Assembly: GCF_004010195.1 (NCBI RefSeq)
Contig: NC_057719.1
Coordinates: forward strand, 29,054,556-29,114,324
Length of the DNA stretch: 59,769 nucleotides
Source: Chiloscyllium plagiosum
Lineage: Eukaryota
Direction of reading: 5' to 3'
The notes below the pieces were generated by a model. That model worked only from the letters and a program-made list of their open reading frames with translations, did no database searches and was not told the DNA's origin. Below are positions 54,396 to 59,769 of the stretch, piece after piece. Position numbers and translations under genes: made by a program. How positions within the stretch are numbered: position 1 is the first letter of the stretch; each line of letters opens with the position of its first letter.

Positions 54396-54700
54396 ATAGC
54401 CAACAGCTTTTTACCATAATAGGGGAGTCTAAAATAGGTTTAAGGGGAGAGATACAAAAGAGTCCAGAGGGCCAGTTTGTTTCACACAGAGGGTGGTAAA
54501 TGTCTGGAATGGGCTTCCAGAGTTAGTGGTAAAAGTGAGCACAATTTCACCATTGAAGAAACATTTAGACAGGTACATGGATGGGACAGGTATGGAGGGT
54601 TATGGAGCAAATGCAGGCAAATGGAATTAATTTAAATTGTGAAAACTGGGTAGCGGAGGCAAATTGGGCTGAAGAGCCTGTCTATGACTCTAAGATGCAA
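54396..54700 (+). mobile_element. CR1 3' end
   Basis: FTQRVVNVWNGLP-like ORF2 end and CR1 3'UTR. Confidence 0.7.
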
Positions 54701-55699
54701 TGCAGAAATTCATCAATACTGCTTAAATAGCACTTTCCAAACTCAAGCTTCCTACCATTTCATGGATATGGGCAGCGTATATAAGTAAATGCCACTACCT
54801 GCAAATTCATTTTCAAGCCATTTGAACTTGAAAATTTATTACCATTCCTCCACTGTCACCAGATAAATTTTTAAAAAGAATTAGCATGGTGTCTTTTGCT
54901 GAAACATAAGCAAGCAACAATGCTGATGTTTCAACAATAAAATCAGAACTTCACAACAAAAATGAAATGAACATAAAATAGAACAATTAAGTTCCCTTTC
55001 ACATATAAAATATTTTGAAAGATTTCAAAACACATGGTAAAGTAAAATCCCATCTATTTCAGCACCATTATTTTACAGTACTCTGATACCAGCAAGTTCC
55101 CCTCTCTATTGCAGCTATAGACATGGTTTGCTTATTTCTTGAAATTCCCAGTCTTGAGAGCTTAATAGCCTTTTCCTTTTATTCATACATCTCATCTTAA
55201 ACTTTATTAGCTTCAAGGTTCAAACTAAATACTTCAATTCTGGAATTTTCAAATTAAATTCCTTACACTGAAGTGGCATATCTCCAAACTGTTCTGAACT
55301 CCTATCTCTGGAGAAACAGTTCTTCCATCTGAACCATGCCTTCTATAAACTGAATAGAAAGCTTTCATCCAAGCTATGGGGTTTTCCTTAGCAAAAATCA
55401 ATTTGAGAATCTCCTAAACCAAGCGTAAACTAATGCCTATCAATATTTGCTTTCTCCAACCATAAAACTTTCACAATGCAAACACGCTCACATCATCATT
55501 CAAGGTGGGCCATCAGGCCAGATCCTCTTTGAGACATACTGCTTTAAAATTATGGCACCAGAAAGATTAACAAGTAGCAATTAAACCCTTTCATATACAC
55601 AGACCAAAATCCACATGCCACATGTTCAAAACCCAAACTCTAAGATAAATACCAAATTACATATGGATTACATCCCTTACATCATTGTAGAGGATATTG

Positions 55700-57170
55700 T
55701 ATAAAGCATATTAACAGGAAGTAGAATGTAGACGTCAATGGATAATTTTCAGGTTGGCCGGATGTAATATTATTATGAGTATTATGCCACAACAGTCCGC
55801 GTTGGGACCTCAGCTCTTTAAAATTTCCATAAATGACTTAGGTAAAGGGATAGAAGGTATGGTTGCCAAATTTGTTGATAATACCAATAGTAGGAAAGCA
55901 ACTCGTGAAGAGGACATAAGATATTGAAAAGATATTGAACAATTAAGTGACAGAGCAAGATCTGGCAAATTAGTATAATGTGGCAAGTGTAAAGACCATT
56001 TTTGCAGACAAAATAAAAGTATATTATGTAAATGGTGAGAGTTTGCAGAGCTCTGAGATGAAGAGGGATCAATTTGTGCTAGTATATGAATTGCAAAAAT
56101 CTTGTGTGCAGGCACAGCAGGTAATTATGGATGCTAATAGAATGTAACCATTTATTGTGATTGGAACTGAATACAAAATTAAGGCAGTTACGATTCTGTT
56201 ATACAATCTAGTGGCAAGACCACATCTGGAGTTCTGTGGACAGTCGTGGTCACTTTACTTAAAGATGAGTGTAAATGTGTTAAAAGAAGTTCATAGATTT
56301 ACCAACCAAATGCCTGAAATTGGGTGGGTTGTCTTATGAGGAGAATGTGAGGACTGCAGATGCTGGAGATCAGAATCGAAGAGTGTGGTGCTGGAAAAAC
56401 ACAGCCGGTCAGGCATAAGTGAGGAGCAGGAGAATGAGACCTTCATCAGGAATGATGAAGGGCTTATGCTTGAAACGTCGATTCTCCTGTTCTTTTGATG
56501 CTGACTGACCGGTTGCACTTTTCCAACATCACACTCAGGTTGTCTTATAAAGAAAGGCTACACAGGCTAGGCTTGAATCTGTTAGAAAATAGAAGTGTAA
56601 GAGGCAACTTGATTGAAATATGTAAGTTCTTGATGAGTCTTGACAGGGTCGATATGGCAAGGATGTTTTCCCTTTTGGGAGAATACAGAATTAGGGGTCA
56701 GTATTTAAAACAGAGATGATGTAAACAAAATTCTCACAAGGTTTATAAGTCCTTGGAACTTTCTTGCTGAAAAGGTAGCCTTTGAATATTTTTAAAGCAG
56801 AGGTGAATAGATCGCCAGAAATCTAGGAGTGAAAGGCTACTCGGGTAGTCAGGAATGCGGATTTGACATTATGATCATATGAGCAATTATCCTAATAAAT
56901 GACAGAGCAGACCTGAGGAGACAAAAAACCTTCTTCTGCTCTTTGTTTCTACATTTGTATGTTACCAAACATTTTGCTTATATACCCTCAGTCTTTTATC
57001 ACTTCTCCCTTCCAAGCAACTTAATCAAAGACATTTGGACAGATATATTGACAGGCAAAGGTTTGAGGGATAAGGGCAAAATGGAGGCAAATGGGACTAG
57101 TTCAGTTTAGTATACCTTTTTGGTATGGGCAAGTTGGTTGGAAGAATCTGCTTCCATGTATGACTCTATT
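55700..57170 (+). mobile_element. Old CR1 RT/3' fragments
   Basis: VAKFVDNT, LVARPHLEFCGQSWS, LSYKERLHRLGL, RGNLIEICK; second 3' tail at ~57025-57170. Confidence 0.7.
56338..56537. mobile_element. Palindromic Penelope-derived element (2970 family) inserted in CR1
   Basis: Back-to-back cttcatcagg / tgatgaagggcttatgcttgaaacgtcg hammerhead remnants; 11-bp TSD GGTTGTCTTAT (56327-37 / 56538-48). Confidence 0.82.
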
Positions 57171-57983
57171 CCCTTCATTATTTTCAAAACATGAAACAAA
57201 TCTCTGCTAACCAACATTTCAAAATGAAAATAGCCATCAATTCTCAGATTCTATCTTGATAGCATTGGTTTGAAGACTGGGATTCTTTTTGGCTACATTT
57301 ATCTCCACTGCTTTAGGATTTAAATACTCATTGCCAAATTTGGGGACTACAATTGGATACAGCAGCCCAAATTATGCCAAGGGAATCCTAGGATAAGTTT
57401 TCAGTCTAGATTCTTCATTAATTATATGGATGTATTGCCTACTCATTATAGAACCTGCCTGATTATCATTCCATTGAAGTCACTGGGATGAAAGTCTGGG
57501 TGGATTCCATAGCAAGTGCATAACAACTGCCTCTCCACATTATTACCCTGGGTGGTCAAGATGGTCACTTCCCTTGTCAGTTTAAGTTGACCTACTTGAA
57601 ATGAATTTAGTTTTGGCGGTATAAGTTGGAGAACTACAAAACAAAACTCCCATATTTTGGCCAGCATAAATTCACAATTTCACCCAGAAAGACCATAATG
57701 ATTATTTCTAAAAGGCTTGAAACAAAATTATATTATTAGTTACAGTAATGAATCTTCTTCTGAAATTGCCATTAGACAACATTTTTTGAGTCTCTGCTCA
57801 AGTAAAATTTCAAGTGGAAAAATGGTGAAGCAATGTTTTCCTTTATGCGGTTGAAATTTATACTTGTTGCATAATTTAGACTTCCTGCAGTTTAAAAGTT
57901 CAAGGTGGCAGTAATTCTGAAAGTAACATGCTTGCCAGAAAATGGACAATAATTTTAACACTCTCTTTTTTCTCATTTAGATG

Positions 57984-58744
57984 TGTGAGAGACGATTTCG
58001 GTACAAATAGTTAAGATGTGCATGACCTCAGAGTCTAAGGGGAATAGAGCCGTGGGGGTAGAGTAAAACATGCTTCTCTATAATAAAGGACGAGACATCT
58101 GCTGCTACAGAGTAGAAAAACAAGTCCTTGATTGATAAGACCACTAACTCTGACAGAGAAGAATAAGTCCTTGACTGATAAGACTACAGGGTAGAAAACC
58201 ACTGTGCCACCGGCGGCACGGTGGCACAGTGGTTAGCACTGCTGCCTCACAGCGCCAGAGACCCGGGTTCAATTCCCGACTCAGGCGACTGACTGTGTGG
58301 AGTTTGCACATTCTCCCCGTGTCTGCGTGGGTTTCCTCCGGGTGCTCTGGTTTCCTCCCACAGTCCAAAGATGTGCAGGGTCAGGTGAATTGGCCATGCT
58401 AAATTGCCCATAGTGTTAGGTTAAAGGGGTAAATGTAGGGGTATGGGTGGGTTGCGCTTCGGCGGGTCGGTGTGGACTTGTTGGGCCGAAGGGCCTGTTT
58501 CCACACTGTAAGTAATCTAATCTAAAACAACTCGGGAAACTGTTGCAGACTTTGTGAGAATGTGAACCTCGTGACTCTTTAGAGCTATAGAGGGGAGGGA
58601 CTTGTACTGTATTTAATTAGAAACATTGTTAGCCTGGCGCGCCTTTTTTTTTAAGGGTGCCCAACTCTGCAGACTTGTTAATAAAACTTTGTTTTCCTGA
58701 ATTTGTCCAGAGCAATTATTGAGAAGCGATTTTCGTTTCTAACA
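57984..58744 (+). repeat. ERV 5' LTR (interrupted by a SINE)
   Basis: TG start near 57982-57984 (approximate); U3 direct repeats; AATAAA 58680-85; ends ...ctaaca at 58744, 4 nt before the PBS. Confidence 0.75.
58212..58523 (+). mobile_element. Young V-SINE inserted in ERV U3
   Basis: Full head, core and (AATCT)n tail; short AAAAC repeat on both flanks. Confidence 0.93.
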
Positions 58745-58748
58745 AACT

Positions 58749-58764
58749 TGGGGGCTCGTCCGAT
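58749..58764 (+). promoter_or_regulatory. Primer-binding site complementary to the tRNA-Pro 3' end
   Basis: TGGGGGCTCGTCCG(AT) versus the canonical Pro PBS TGGGGGCTCGTCCGGGAT. Confidence 0.88.
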
Positions 58765-58964
58765 CAACACTCCGGCCGCGAGGGGGGGCTGAGGAAGGAT
58801 ATCGGAGAAGGTGCACCCTGCCGAGTTCGGCAGTCCCTGATTCCTTGCTTGTCGCCCCGCGCGGCTTGAGCGAATGATATCCGGAAGGCTCAGGAGATCA
58901 AAGGAGGGGTGTGGCCGAGGCAGTGGGGACGGTTAACGATCGAGTAATTTCGGTGCACCGAACC

Positions 58965-58973
58965 CAGGTAAGA
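58965..58973 (+). promoter_or_regulatory. Candidate retroviral major splice donor
   Basis: CAG|GTAAGA in the leader between PBS and gag. Confidence 0.55.
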
Positions 58974-59187
58974 ACAGACTTGCGGGAACCGTCTTTCCGG
59001 AGGACTGGGGACCTGCGGAGTGCCTGTAGATTTTTCTACAGAGACGTGGGACACAGGAATCCAAAGACCGGGGGTGCCTGCAAAGGGACCTGGGCGATCA
59101 CGGGACTGAAGGTCCGGGAATTGGCTAAATAGTGATAGATTATCACGGGATAATACTGGAATCTCCGATTTTACAAAGTCCTCGGCA

Positions 59188-59769
59188 ATGGGAAATAAGG
59201 GAACCAAGGCGAATAAGGGAAAGGTAGGCTTGAGCGTAGACAATGAAAAATACCCCGGGGTACCTGACGATAGTCCGTTAGGAATAATGTTAAATAATTG
59301 GGATCAGGGTAGGAGAAAAGGAAAATCTAGAAAGAAGATGGTGAGATACTGTCAAACGTGGTCCCAAACACCTATTCAGGGAGACTCAGTGTGGTGGCCT
59401 AAATTCGGCACTGATGAAGACTGGGTCCGGCAAGCTCTAATTTTATATGTCAATTCGAAACCTAATGTTACTCGGGGGGAAAGTGATTACGCCCTTTGTT
59501 GGCTGCCAGTCACACTATCTTGCAAAATGAAGGTAACCAATGAAGACTCGAAAGGGCAGAAAGAATGGGAACCTTTACCGCCGCCCTACGTGACCCCGTC
59601 GGCCCCGCAAAATGGTCCTTCGGGTGGCGACGATTCAGGGGAAGTGGAAGAAAGCGGGGAGGAACCACCAGGTGCCACAGGAGTACAGACTAGATCTCAA
59701 GCTGAAAAGAGTCACAGACGGAACTCTGTCCCGATTGCAAGAATGAATCCACTCCGGGAAGTGCCCATG
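59188..59769 (+). CDS. gag: Retroviral Gag N-terminus (MA, late-domain spacer, start of CA), 3'-partial
   Basis: 194 uninterrupted codons: MGNKGTK...DSPLGIMLNNW...KKMVRYCQTW...WWPKFGTDEDWVRQAL...DYALCW...EPLPPPYVTPSAP...MNPLREVPM. Gly2 myristoylation site, good Kozak context (GCAATGG), PPPY 59578-89, PSAP 59596-607. Confidence 0.88.
   Translation, partial: MGNKGTKANKGKVGLSVDNEKYPGVPDDSPLGIMLNNWDQGRRKGKSRKKMVRYCQTWSQTPIQGDSVWWPKFGTDEDWVRQALILYVNSKPNVTRGESDYALCWLPVTLSCKMKVTNEDSKGQKEWEPLPPPYVTPSAPQNGPSGGDDSGEVEESGEEPPGATGVQTRSQAEKSHRRNSVPIARMNPLREVPM

Larger units (their letters stand above)
57984..59769 (+). mobile_element. Endogenous retrovirus, class I (gamma/epsilon-like), 5' part running off the window
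   Basis: LTR, PBS-Pro, GC/CpG-rich leader, splice donor and open gag in the correct order. Confidence 0.88.

Noticed and set aside
54860-57980. Possible exons of Six6os1/C14orf39 or another host gene upstream of six6
   Set aside because: I could not recognise any open, spliceable frame. A TBLASTN with C14orf39 would be needed, so absence is not proven.
58212-58285. tRNA-like sequences with A and B boxes (also ~44860-44935)
   Set aside because: SINE heads, not tRNA genes: no proper cloverleaf, and the 58212 copy continues into a SINE body.
59107-59187. Possible glyco-Gag-like upstream extension
   Set aside because: In-frame TGA at 59107-09 and no CTG/ATG start between it and the gag ATG.

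Overview
Eukaryotic (vertebrate) genomic DNA, most likely from a shark or other elasmobranch (inferred from V-SINE/HE1-type SINEs and CR1/HER1-type LINEs). The only host protein-coding gene I can support is a complete two-exon six6 on the minus strand (CDS 40853-40282 and 39497-39317, 250 aa). It lies in a ~22 kb zone (~25.5-47.6 kb) with few transposons and many retained CpGs. Both flanks are dense, nested transposon arrays. They include a full-length but decayed Gmr1-like Gypsy element with integrase upstream of RT (4647-10894, TSD TCAT), a second Gmr1-like relic, several solo LTRs, CR1 and RTE LINEs, a Penelope GIY-YIG relic, V-SINEs and a Tc1/pogo-type MITE. Several short Penelope-derived insertions, mostly fold-backs, carry minimal hammerhead-ribozyme motifs and have 9-15 bp TSDs. 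The window ends in the 5' part of a young-looking class I (gamma/epsilon-like) endogenous retrovirus: LTR, tRNA-Pro PBS, splice donor and an uninterrupted gag from 59188 with PPPY and PSAP late domains, which the ORF track misses. All calls were made by eye; boundaries of old repeats without a TSD are approximate.
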